Below, piece by piece: positions 1 to 6,745 of a DNA stretch of 34,381 nt. Origin of the DNA: a virus (Duplodnaviria > Caudoviricetes). Both the position numbers and the translations under genes were made by a program. The DNA is taken from positions 1 to 34,381 of the IMG/VR virus record IMGVR_UViG_3300022187_000109; one strand, 5' to 3'. The notes under the pieces are model-generated. The model was not told the DNA's origin. It saw only the letters and a program-made list of their open reading frames with translations, and did not search any database. Each line of letters starts with the position of its first letter. Position 1 is the first letter of the stretch.

Positions 1-82
1 AATGATAGCAATCCCGCTGCAATTCCAAACCCAAAACCCCAAGGGATTACCGCCGGTTAACGCCCATTAATATAACCCGCAT

Positions 83-116
83 AAAAAAACCCCCCCGCCG
101 ACTAGGGCAAGGGGGG
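83..116 (-). terminator. Intrinsic terminator ending the leftward early transcript
   Basis: GC-rich imperfect stem (CCCCCC-GCC / GGC-AA-GGGGGG) followed on the minus strand by a 7-T run (A83-A89), downstream of ORF 175-465. Confidence 0.65.
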
Positions 117-122
117 CAAGGC

Positions 123-164
123 TGGGGCGGGTTTATAGGGAGGATAGCAACAACCCCCGCCCCA
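123..164 (-). ncRNA. Candidate 3'-UTR stem-loop exposing UCCUCCC (anti-SD-like) loop
   Basis: 9-bp stem TGGGGCGGG(123-131)/CCCGCCCCA(156-164); the 24-nt loop contains GGGAGGA on plus, which is UCCUCCC in the minus-strand RNA. Confidence 0.3.
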
Positions 165-174
165 TGGTTCGCGG

Positions 175-465
175 CTAGCTGTTCGCGGGAACCCCGACAA
201 GCTGCATTGCGCGGGTGAATGGGTCGCGGTCATCAAAGGTTCTTATGAATGTTGGCTGGGTTCCATCAAAGGTAGCCAACCCGCTCTCTAATTCCCCGAA
301 GCGGTTCGCGGCTGCCATCAGTTCTGGGCAATGTTCATCCAAGATTGCCCGCTGGTTTAAATCCATAGATGCAACGGCGGAGTGCAAGCTTTTCACCGCA
401 CACTGCAACGCAAAGATACGGGTATCAACAATGCCGACATTCTGGAGATAAGTTCTAAAAGACAT
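175..465 (-). CDS. Hypothetical early protein (96 aa)
   Basis: ORF track 175..570; start moved to ATG at 465 (MSFRTYLQ) because of the AGAAGGAAACCGAACC-ATG ribosome-binding leader. Confidence 0.7.
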   Translation of the reverse strand: MSFRTYLQNVGIVDTRIFALQCAVKSLHSAVASMDLNQRAILDEHCPELMAAANRFGELESGLATFDGTQPTFIRTFDDRDPFTRAMQLVGVPANS

Positions 466-535
466 GGTTCGGTTTCCTTCTCTAAAGTTAATGGGGACAA
501 GCTGCCCCGTCCCCATTGTTATTACATATCTGCAG

Positions 536-982
536 CTATGATGCAAGCCGGTAAAGTTTCCGGTATTCACTGCGCCCGCTGCCCTTGGTTTCTATCTGGT
601 AACCATGCCGCCGGATATCGTTGATATAGGTCATCAAAGTCCACCGGCTATAGCCAAGCAATCCCCGCAAATACGGAACATTAACAAAACCCCGCTCGAG
701 TTCTGCAATGATGCGATAATGTCCCCTGCAAAGATTGCGCGGGTTCTTCACCTGTTCGCGGCTGGTATCTTCCCCGCTGCGGTCTTCAAATATCCGCAAC
801 AGTTTCTCGCCCCATTCCTTATCGCGCTGGGCATAGCTGGCCTCTAGTTCGGCAACATAACCGCGCCAAATGCGGGTCGCCTCTTCTGTGGCCTTTTCCC
901 GCTCATCGGCACGGATAGCCGCCTCAGCGTCAACAAGGTCATTAGCAAGTGATGCGCGAATTGTTTCGATTGATTTAGTCAT
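536..982 (-). CDS. Coiled-coil protein with C-terminal winged-HTH-like DNA-binding domain
   Basis: C-terminus (LRGLLGYSRWTLMTYINDIRRHGYQIETKG...YRL) fits an HTH_11-like winged helix; the N-terminus is helical and charged; start taken at MTKSIE. Confidence 0.6.
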   Translation of the reverse strand: MTKSIETIRASLANDLVDAEAAIRADEREKATEEATRIWRGYVAELEASYAQRDKEWGEKLLRIFEDRSGEDTSREQVKNPRNLCRGHYRIIAELERGFVNVPYLRGLLGYSRWTLMTYINDIRRHGYQIETKGSGRSEYRKLYRLAS

Positions 983-1018
983 TTCGTGGTTCTTTCTGCC
1001 CATCGGGCGTTGGTTGGT

Positions 1019-1099
1019 TTAAGCAATGAAGACCGCATATATTATCGAGATTATCAACAGCACGGTCAGACTGCGATAAATTACATAGAGAGCTTCCAT
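1019..1099 (-). CDS. Small single-transmembrane peptide (26 aa, MEALYVIYRSLTVLLIISIIYAVFIA)
   Basis: Read manually (below the ORF-track cutoff); AGGA-TAAACACAA-ATG leader; hydrophobic stretch; fills the gap between co-oriented genes. Confidence 0.5.
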   Translation of the reverse strand: MEALYVIYRSLTVLLIISIIYAVFIA

Positions 1100-1149
1100 T
1101 TGTGTTTATCCTAACAAAATCCAAAGCATCAAGAAAAACTCTAGCGGGG

Positions 1150-2151
1150 TCATGCTGCCAACTTTCCGGCAAAGCCCAGCCATGCCTCAGACTGTATAAG
1201 GTCACGAACAGCAATTGAGTTATCGAGCCGTTTCCTTTCTTCCCTGCCGCCTTTGTTCGCGTTTGGTAAATGGGTTGACCAATGGGTCAAAGCATTAAAT
1301 GCCGCCCACATGGTCTCACCTAGTTCGCGGGTTTCTTTGCTGTAAAGGTCGAGCAATGTTGCAAGCTTGCGCTGGTTGACCTTCAAATCGTCATTATTTT
1401 CGGCAACCTTTCCCGCCTTATCAATCAAACCGGAAGCAATCAAAACATCATTAAATTGCTTTTCGGTCATGGTTTTTTCGCGGTAAAGCTGCATCGTTTC
1501 CGATTGTTCAGACCACATATCTAAACCTAAAACGCCTTTTGTGATTAGGGCTGCGCTATTCATGTTTTTTGTATGTTTCATTTTCTGGTGATAGGCCTTT
1601 TCCCCGCCAAAAACCAAGGTATTGCGGCACAAGTCACGATAAGCCCCGCTGAATACCTGCAATGTCCAAGATTTATCGACACTATTGAAGATATCCAGAC
1701 GACACCGGCTCACATCCTCTTGACCTGTTCTCGTCCGGCTGCGGTCGATTAAATCGTGAAAATAGATTGTCCGGTGAACACGCAAACCCTCTTGATATAT
1801 CCGGTCGCAAACTTCCACATTGCCTAGTTTATCCCGCAAACCGGAACCGCTCAAAATGTCGGATTGTTCCTGCATTAGTTCGTGGTGAGGTTTTAAACTA
1901 TAGGTTTCAAGATTAAACGGTACAACATCAACAACCCGATTTGTGCGGGTATTTTGCAAAGCGTGGTATTTCATGCGCTGCATATCAACAATGCCATCTT
2001 GGTCAGTGGTGACCGCTTCCACCGGCACCGGCTCGAAGCTGGCGAATTCATGGTAAAGACTGCAATCATTTATATCGTGATGAACGCTAAAAATATCCTC
2101 GCCTTTTGGTCTGGCGTTTTCGATTGCTTTGGTTGGTATCAAATCAAACAT
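1150..2151 (-). CDS. DUF932-family (phage/plasmid-like) protein
   Basis: 333 aa; FNSVDKS, RDLCRNTL, KHTKN and TMWAAFNALTHWSTH motifs resemble DUF932; AGAAGGA RBS. Confidence 0.7.
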   Translation of the reverse strand: MFDLIPTKAIENARPKGEDIFSVHHDINDCSLYHEFASFEPVPVEAVTTDQDGIVDMQRMKYHALQNTRTNRVVDVVPFNLETYSLKPHHELMQEQSDILSGSGLRDKLGNVEVCDRIYQEGLRVHRTIYFHDLIDRSRTRTGQEDVSRCRLDIFNSVDKSWTLQVFSGAYRDLCRNTLVFGGEKAYHQKMKHTKNMNSAALITKGVLGLDMWSEQSETMQLYREKTMTEKQFNDVLIASGLIDKAGKVAENNDDLKVNQRKLATLLDLYSKETRELGETMWAAFNALTHWSTHLPNANKGGREERKRLDNSIAVRDLIQSEAWLGFAGKLAA

Positions 2152-2207
2152 GGTTAATGTTCCTTCTACTGGTTGTTGGCATGGTAATTGCTACCAGCCT
2201 TGATTTG

Positions 2208-2258
2208 TTTATGCCAGCCCCCGCCAAACCGGTCAACAAAAAAAATCAGATAAAAAAA
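2208..2258 (-). promoter_or_regulatory. sigma70-type promoter with UP-like T-tracts upstream of DUF932 gene
   Basis: Minus strand TTGACC(2236-2231)-17 bp-CATAAA(2213-2208), preceded by two T-tracts. Confidence 0.6.
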
Positions 2259-2360
2259 TGGTGACAGCCCCGCGACTCGCTGCCACCGCCGCCCATGCCG
2301 CGCCCAGTCCCCCCGAACCACCAAGGATACCGCAAACGCACACAAGCCCCAGAAAATTAT

Positions 2361-2384
2361 TTGACAAGGGGGCATTTTTGTCAA
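2361..2384. promoter_or_regulatory. Inverted repeat TTGACAA-N10-TTGTCAA (possible operator or paired -35 boxes)
   Basis: Perfect 7-bp arms at 2361-2367 and 2378-2384, overlapping the stop codon of the Gp88-like gene. Confidence 0.35.
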
Positions 2385-3067
2385 TGCGTAACAAACAAGA
2401 TTTGTTTATCCGGTGCTGACCAACACAAGGTACAGGTCGCGCACGATTCCGCCGCGCCGGTTTGTTCAGGACAAACAATAGATTTTCCTTTGGTCGGCTT
2501 GTACAGGTCGGCACTGTTCGCGCTGAATTGCCAATCCGGTGCGTTGCTATAGCGTACGGAAAAACGTTCACCGAACACGCCGCGAACCGCACGGAGGGCA
2601 AGCCCGATATCACTATTTGGCGCATAGCCGGTGAAGCCCCAAACCGCCAGATTATCAAATTTAGTCAAGAGATGCTGCCACAGTTCGACATAATCGACAG
2701 AATAAAAATCCCCTAGAACATGCAGCCGGACAATCACCCCTTTATAGGTGGCGCATAATTCTTCTATCTCATTTTTTATGCGCTGCTCTAATTCGCTGCC
2801 ATGCTGCAACCGGTGCGCGAACATCATATTGTTCCCGTAACAATTATCCCAATGGTAACAAGAGCGGGGACAGGTGGCGCGTTCTTCTAGTGTCAGGGTA
2901 TAAATGACATAGCCCGCGAACTTGCCTTTTTTAATTACAGGTAATTTATCTTTTGAAAGCTTCGCATTCTTGGATTGCTTTAAAACATTGTGCGAATAAT
3001 CCGCCAGCAGTTTAACGGATTTGGGATACATTGTATTAGCTGGCTTGTTTACATCTGCTTTTTTCAT
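2381..3067 (-). CDS. Gp88-like cysteine-rich phage protein
   Basis: TCPRSC...CY, IVRLHVLGDF and C-terminal CPEQ...CATCTLCW motifs match my recollection of the phage Gene88 family; AAAGGA RBS. Confidence 0.65.
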   Translation of the reverse strand: MKKADVNKPANTMYPKSVKLLADYSHNVLKQSKNAKLSKDKLPVIKKGKFAGYVIYTLTLEERATCPRSCYHWDNCYGNNMMFAHRLQHGSELEQRIKNEIEELCATYKGVIVRLHVLGDFYSVDYVELWQHLLTKFDNLAVWGFTGYAPNSDIGLALRAVRGVFGERFSVRYSNAPDWQFSANSADLYKPTKGKSIVCPEQTGAAESCATCTLCWSAPDKQILFVTH

Positions 3068-3105
3068 CGGTTCGGTTCCTTTGTTGGTTAGTTAGTTTGG
3101 AAACG

Positions 3106-3312
3106 TTACGGATAAAATCCGGTATGGTCAAGCGGTAAAATTCGCTGCCCTTGTCTTTTTAAATAACATTCGGGACAGGAAAGCAAACCATTCTCGTTAG
3201 TCATGGCTGGTTCCCCGCAATCATCACAACGATATGCGGGGTTTAGCGTGGTTGATTTGTCACGTTTTAGCGTGGGCGATTTGTCAAAAGTTTGGCGTGT
3301 AGAATTTGCCAT
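3106..3312 (-). CDS. Small zinc-finger protein
   Basis: CDDC...CPEC pairs; the N-terminus is encoded by the repeat array. Confidence 0.55.
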   Translation of the reverse strand: MANSTRQTFDKSPTLKRDKSTTLNPAYRCDDCGEPAMTNENGLLSCPECYLKRQGQRILPLDHTGFYP

Positions 3313-3486
3313 CGTTCAGTTCCCTTTTTAGCGTGGCTAGTTTGTCACGTTCGGCATTTGTCACCGGTTCACCGTTCCAGTCTTTGTCACTGATTTGTCT
3401 GTTCAAGGTTCGCCATTTGTCAGCAACGTTTGTCAGGCGTGGGTCATTTGTCGCGTTGGGATAGCGTGGCGTTATTGTGCTTGTCA
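3244..3486. repeat. Iteron-like direct repeat array, consensus TAGCGTGG-N3-ATTTGTCA plus extra TTTGTCA half-sites
   Basis: Full or near-full units start at 3244, 3268, 3293, 3329, 3435 and 3462; perfect TTTGTCA at 3256, 3280, 3341, 3357, 3383, 3416 and 3429. Confidence 0.8.
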
Positions 3487-3487
3487 T
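3284..3487 (-). CDS. Hypothetical protein (67 aa) overlapping the repeat array
   Basis: ORF track; ATGA overlap with the upstream ORF 3484-3687. Confidence 0.5.
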   Translation of the reverse strand: MTSTITPRYPNATNDPRLTNVADKWRTLNRQISDKDWNGEPVTNAERDKLATLKRELNDGKFYTPNF

Positions 3488-3687
3488 ATATACTTACTCC
3501 AGTAGTTGTCCCAAGCTTCACGCAACATATCAGCATATTCTCTGTCGTTATGCAAGCCCAAGAAATCGCGGTGCGGTTCCATCTCTTGCATGAACTCACC
3601 AAAGAATTCGCAGTTGCCTATCTTACTGTTGGCAAGATACCAAAAGTCTTCTTCTAGTTGCATTGCCCAAGCTTTGACCTTACCCAT
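3484..3687 (-). CDS. Hypothetical phage protein (MGKVKAW-type)
   Basis: ORF track; GGAGAA RBS; tightly packed with neighbours. Confidence 0.7.
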   Translation of the reverse strand: MGKVKAWAMQLEEDFWYLANSKIGNCEFFGEFMQEMEPHRDFLGLHNDREYADMLREAWDNYWSKYI

Positions 3688-3883
3688 TGCAATTCTCCAT
3701 GTACCACGTTTTGAACCTATGGTAAGCCAGTATTTTGTAGGCTTCTAGGTCGAGGGTTTCCCATTCCTTGAGGTCAAGTCCCTCATATCTAAAACGGGTT
3801 TCCATTTCGCCATCCAGCATTACCATTATGGCGTTAGCTTCTGTGGGCGTTAATTCTATCCAAAGTTTGGTTTGTTTAGCCAT
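3680..3883 (-). CDS. Hypothetical protein
   Basis: ORF track; GAGGAAAG RBS. Confidence 0.7.
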   Translation of the reverse strand: MAKQTKLWIELTPTEANAIMVMLDGEMETRFRYEGLDLKEWETLDLEAYKILAYHRFKTWYMENCNG

Positions 3884-3892
3884 CGTCTTTCC

Positions 3893-4213
3893 TCAATCGT
3901 AGTTATAATACTTGATGTATTCGCACAGTCCCTTGTGCGCTTCTTGAATAGCACCGTATATGTCATCTAACTTGCTGTCAACTATGTCTGCATCTTGCAG
4001 GATTTTTTCTGCTTCAGAGATAGCCCGCAAAGCATCCAAGCAGGATTGTGCGGTGAGGGTGTGCAATTCCCCTTCACCGTCACACTCATCACACTTACCG
4101 TAGGTGCTATCTATCCAGCCACCGTTCGCAAAGTCTATGACCGGTTTGTCATATTCGGCAACCCCGCTGCCGTTGCACACAAGACAGGTCTGTCTAGTTG
4201 TCAAGGTCATCAT
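3893..4213 (-). CDS. Protein with DnaJ-type zinc finger (two CxxCxGxG motifs) and helical C-terminus
   Basis: CLVCNGSG and CDECDGEG; start re-assigned after the GGAG RBS. Confidence 0.7.
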   Translation of the reverse strand: MMTLTTRQTCLVCNGSGVAEYDKPVIDFANGGWIDSTYGKCDECDGEGELHTLTAQSCLDALRAISEAEKILQDADIVDSKLDDIYGAIQEAHKGLCEYIKYYNYD

Positions 4214-4409
4214 CGTCATCTCCAAATTCTGGAAACATATAATCAGCGGTATCACGGATGACATCCCAGTTGATGCCAATGGTTGCGTCGTGCTGCGACT
4301 TCAGAGCAAACAAAACCTCTAGGGCTTGGTCGTCTGTTAGCCAATCACATTCCACCTTGACATCATCCACAGACCAGACGATTGCAATTTCTTCATTACT
4401 TAGCTGCAT
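4194..4409 (-). CDS. Hypothetical acidic phage protein
   Basis: ORF track; AGAAGGA RBS; WSVDDV...LTDDQALEVL...HDATIGINW pattern. Confidence 0.7.
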   Translation of the reverse strand: MQLSNEEIAIVWSVDDVKVECDWLTDDQALEVLFALKSQHDATIGINWDVIRDTADYMFPEFGDDDDDLDN

Positions 4410-4635
4410 CTTCGGTTCCTTCTTCTATTAACTCAGTTGGCATTTTGTCCCATTCACTAAGCCGCATACGAAACTTCTTGTTTTGTATCGGGGTGCAAAC
4501 GCGAACCCACTTCCTTCCGACAACAGCCCAGACGAGCCGTGTGCCGGATACTGGTAATCTCATATCATAGAAATCCACACGGTACAACTTTGCCGTGTTC
4601 CATGTGGCTTCTTTTGGTTTAGGTATATTAGTCAT
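4396..4635 (-). CDS. Hypothetical protein
   Basis: ORF track; overlaps both neighbours in operon fashion. Confidence 0.65.
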   Translation of the reverse strand: MTNIPKPKEATWNTAKLYRVDFYDMRLPVSGTRLVWAVVGRKWVRVCTPIQNKKFRMRLSEWDKMPTELIEEGTEDAAK

Positions 4636-4831
4636 CTGCTCTATCTATAGGCCAATCACTAAGGCTTCCATGCTCCAACGCCCAAAGAACTTCGGCATCA
4701 TACCCATCGACTAGGGCTACTGCCTCTCTCAAGGCTTTTGCTTCTGCCTCATCGAAACCATCCGCGTTGACAATTACCTCACGTTCGGTTGTCATGCGAA
4801 CTCTGACTTTGTAGTCGCCACGATTACTCAT
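4628..4831 (-). CDS. Hypothetical protein
   Basis: ORF track 4628..4834; AGGAG RBS favours ATG at 4831. Confidence 0.65.
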   Translation of the reverse strand: MSNRGDYKVRVRMTTEREVIVNADGFDEAEAKALREAVALVDGYDAEVLWALEHGSLSDWPIDRADD

Positions 4832-4841
4832 CACTCATCTC

Positions 4842-5063
4842 CTACTCTTCAATCAGGGATTGGGCAAGACGATGATAAGCATCATCCATCTTAACGATAT
4901 CATCGAACGTGGGATGACAAAGTTCGCGATAGCTAGATTCTAGGTTGCACCACGCTTCTGCCACCTCTTTTAAAGCCCCCTTCTGTTTTGGGGAAAGCTT
5001 CTTCCAAATTTCGAGACGATTCTCTCTCATTATTTCCCACTCAGTCTTCTGTTTTTTAGCCAT
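4842..5063 (-). CDS. Hypothetical helical protein (73 aa)
   Basis: Start MAKKQK after a GGAGA RBS, just downstream of the promoter at 5094-5122. Confidence 0.7.
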   Translation of the reverse strand: MAKKQKTEWEIMRENRLEIWKKLSPKQKGALKEVAEAWCNLESSYRELCHPTFDDIVKMDDAYHRLAQSLIEE

Positions 5064-5093
5064 TTCATTTCTCCATCGGCTGTTGATACATAA

Positions 5094-5132
5094 CCAATAT
5101 CGGAAACAAAAAGGGGTGTCAACAAAAAAAAA
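5094..5132 (-). promoter_or_regulatory. sigma70-type early promoter
   Basis: Minus strand TTGACA(5122-5117)-17 bp-TATTGG(5099-5094); same TTTTTTTTGTTGAC context as the promoter at 2236. Confidence 0.65.
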
Positions 5133-5158
5133 CGAGGCCAGAAATAAATCTGACCTCG
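5124..5158 (-). terminator. Intrinsic terminator
   Basis: Minus RNA CGAGGUCAGA-UUUAUU-UCUGGCCUCG followed by 9 U; 10-bp stem with one G-U pair. Confidence 0.8.
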
Positions 5159-5256
5159 CTTCCCAACCAACCAAGGAAACAAAGGGTAACCACTCCCCCT
5201 GTTCAACCCTACGAACTTAAATTTAAAGTACAGACATTACTGTCACGCTTCATAAT

Positions 5257-5517
5257 TTAAGCAACCTCGTAAGGTGTCCCTAGTTTTACCAGCTTCTCAC
5301 GGTTGTTGTCAACCCACTTTTTACAATCATTTTCACTTTTTCCCACGAACACGGAAATGTCCAGTAAGTAATCTACACAATCTTTTTTCTTCACCAGTTC
5401 GCGGTCAGTCTCTCCGATTCGAACAGATGAGATAGGTGCATTGACAATCCACGAACCGTCTTTGCGTTGCCATACTTCAATGGTAGGTTTCTTAGTCTGT
5501 AGAGATGTTTGCGTCAT
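5257..5517 (-). CDS. Hypothetical protein
   Basis: ORF track 5257..5559; start at MTQTSLQ is approximate. Confidence 0.6.
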   Translation of the reverse strand: MTQTSLQTKKPTIEVWQRKDGSWIVNAPISSVRIGETDRELVKKKDCVDYLLDISVFVGKSENDCKKWVDNNREKLVKLGTPYEVA

Positions 5518-5701
5518 TATCTTCATCCAATGCTTCAACGTAAAGTTCGATTGCGTCACGAATTAAATCACCTGCACTAACTTGCTCCAAGCTTTTCTTT
5601 TGCAATCGTGCAGCGTGTCCTGCTATTTTATTGTACTGTTCAACAGACATCAACAAACTATATGTCTTTGTCGGTTCAGGTATCTTTGCTGGTCTTCCCA
5701 T
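5492..5701 (-). CDS. Ribbon-helix-helix (CopG/Arc-like) DNA-binding protein
   Basis: MGRP lead, alternating strand KTYSLLM, helix, then VSAGDLIRDAIELYV typical of RHH helix 2; AAGGA RBS. Confidence 0.6.
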   Translation of the reverse strand: MGRPAKIPEPTKTYSLLMSVEQYNKIAGHAARLQKKSLEQVSAGDLIRDAIELYVEALDEDNDANISTD

Positions 5702-5825
5702 CAATAAGTTCCTTCTTTGCTAGTTTATCTAATTTAGATTTCTTTTTATTCGGAATAGTTTTATTCCTATACTTACTATCTCCTAATAGTTTAGCTATAG
5801 GGTTTATTTTAATTATTTTATTCAT
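5676..5825 (-). CDS. Small very basic protein (49 aa) in an AT-rich tract
   Basis: MNKIIKINPIAKLL...; Lys-rich; first gene of the leftward block. Confidence 0.55.
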   Translation of the reverse strand: MNKIIKINPIAKLLGDSKYRNKTIPNKKKSKLDKLAKKELIDGKTSKDT

Positions 5826-5901
5826 AATAGGTTTACCTGTATGGTTACTGTTCATAATGCGTATCACGACTGTCAAGTGTTCGTCAACTAAAAAAATACT
5901 A

Positions 5902-5930
5902 TTGACACGATTTTTTTTGTGGGGTATTTG
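5902..5930 (+). promoter_or_regulatory. sigma70-type promoter for the replication operon (divergent control region)
   Basis: TTGACA(5902-5907)-17 bp-TATTTG(5925-5930), then AGGAGA RBS before primase; leftward TTGACA and TTGACG boxes at 5871-5887. Confidence 0.6.
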
Positions 5931-5950
5931 TCATGGCATAGGAGAAGCCC

Positions 5951-6745
5951 ATGACAGCTTGGTTAAAAGATTATGTGAACGGTTTGTCAATAGCATCGGA
6001 AGGTCGTCTGCGGATGGACTGCCCAGCTTGTGGCAAGAAAAATACGTTTAGTGTTTCGGATACAAATGGTGAACGCTTGTGGTTTTGCTTTCATGCAGAC
6101 TGCGGGGTTCGCGGGCGTACTGGTTTTCGAATCAGAAGCGACACACCATACCATCCCCTGTTGCGAAAGACAACACCAGTTCGCGAACCACTTTGCGAAC
6201 CGGAGTTCCAGCTTCCCGATACTATTGTCCCTGTGTCGCGCAGTGAAGAAGCCGTGCGGTACTTGAAGAGGGTCAATGCCTATGATGCGTACCTTGCGGG
6301 GCGTGTCGATATTCGTTATGACTTCAGAATGAACCGTGTTGTTTACCTGATTAAAGATGGTAGGCGAACCGTTGATGCTGCTGGTCGTAGTTTAGTTAAT
6401 GCCAAACCAAAATGGTGGAGATATGGAAAATCAGGTAATCCTTTCGTTTGTGGTTCCCAACGGCTGGGAGTTATTTTGGAAGACTGTGCTAGTGCTTGTT
6501 ATATTTCAGATATTATGTCGGGAATAGCCCTACTGGGAACCAACCTGCAAGACAGTCACTTGCCAACATTGCGGCACTATGATAGATTGCTTGTTGCATT
6601 AGACAAAGACGCTACCAAGAAAGCCCTCGAACTGGTTCGAAGATTACAGGCCATAAGGCCAACAAGTTTAGTTGTTTTAAACAAAGATGTGAAAGACATG
6701 ACAGATGATGAACGAAAACAAACCTTCCAGAAATACCTCGATTGA
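5951..6745 (+). CDS. DNA primase (N-terminal zinc-binding domain + TOPRIM)
   Basis: CPAC...CFHADC zinc ribbon; TOPRIM-like ILED and ALDKD motifs; directly upstream of the helicase. Confidence 0.85.
   Translation: MTAWLKDYVNGLSIASEGRLRMDCPACGKKNTFSVSDTNGERLWFCFHADCGVRGRTGFRIRSDTPYHPLLRKTTPVREPLCEPEFQLPDTIVPVSRSEEAVRYLKRVNAYDAYLAGRVDIRYDFRMNRVVYLIKDGRRTVDAAGRSLVNAKPKWWRYGKSGNPFVCGSQRLGVILEDCASACYISDIMSGIALLGTNLQDSHLPTLRHYDRLLVALDKDATKKALELVRRLQAIRPTSLVVLNKDVKDMTDDERKQTFQKYLD

Noticed and set aside
2266-2320. G-quadruplex on the minus strand
   Set aside because: The G-runs are uneven with long loops, so it cannot be supported by eye; kept only as a skewed tract
3244-3486. CRISPR array
   Set aside because: Units are short, degenerate and irregularly spaced with no unique 30-40 bp spacers; there is no cas operon, and the Cas4-like nuclease at 10934 is a common phage replication gene
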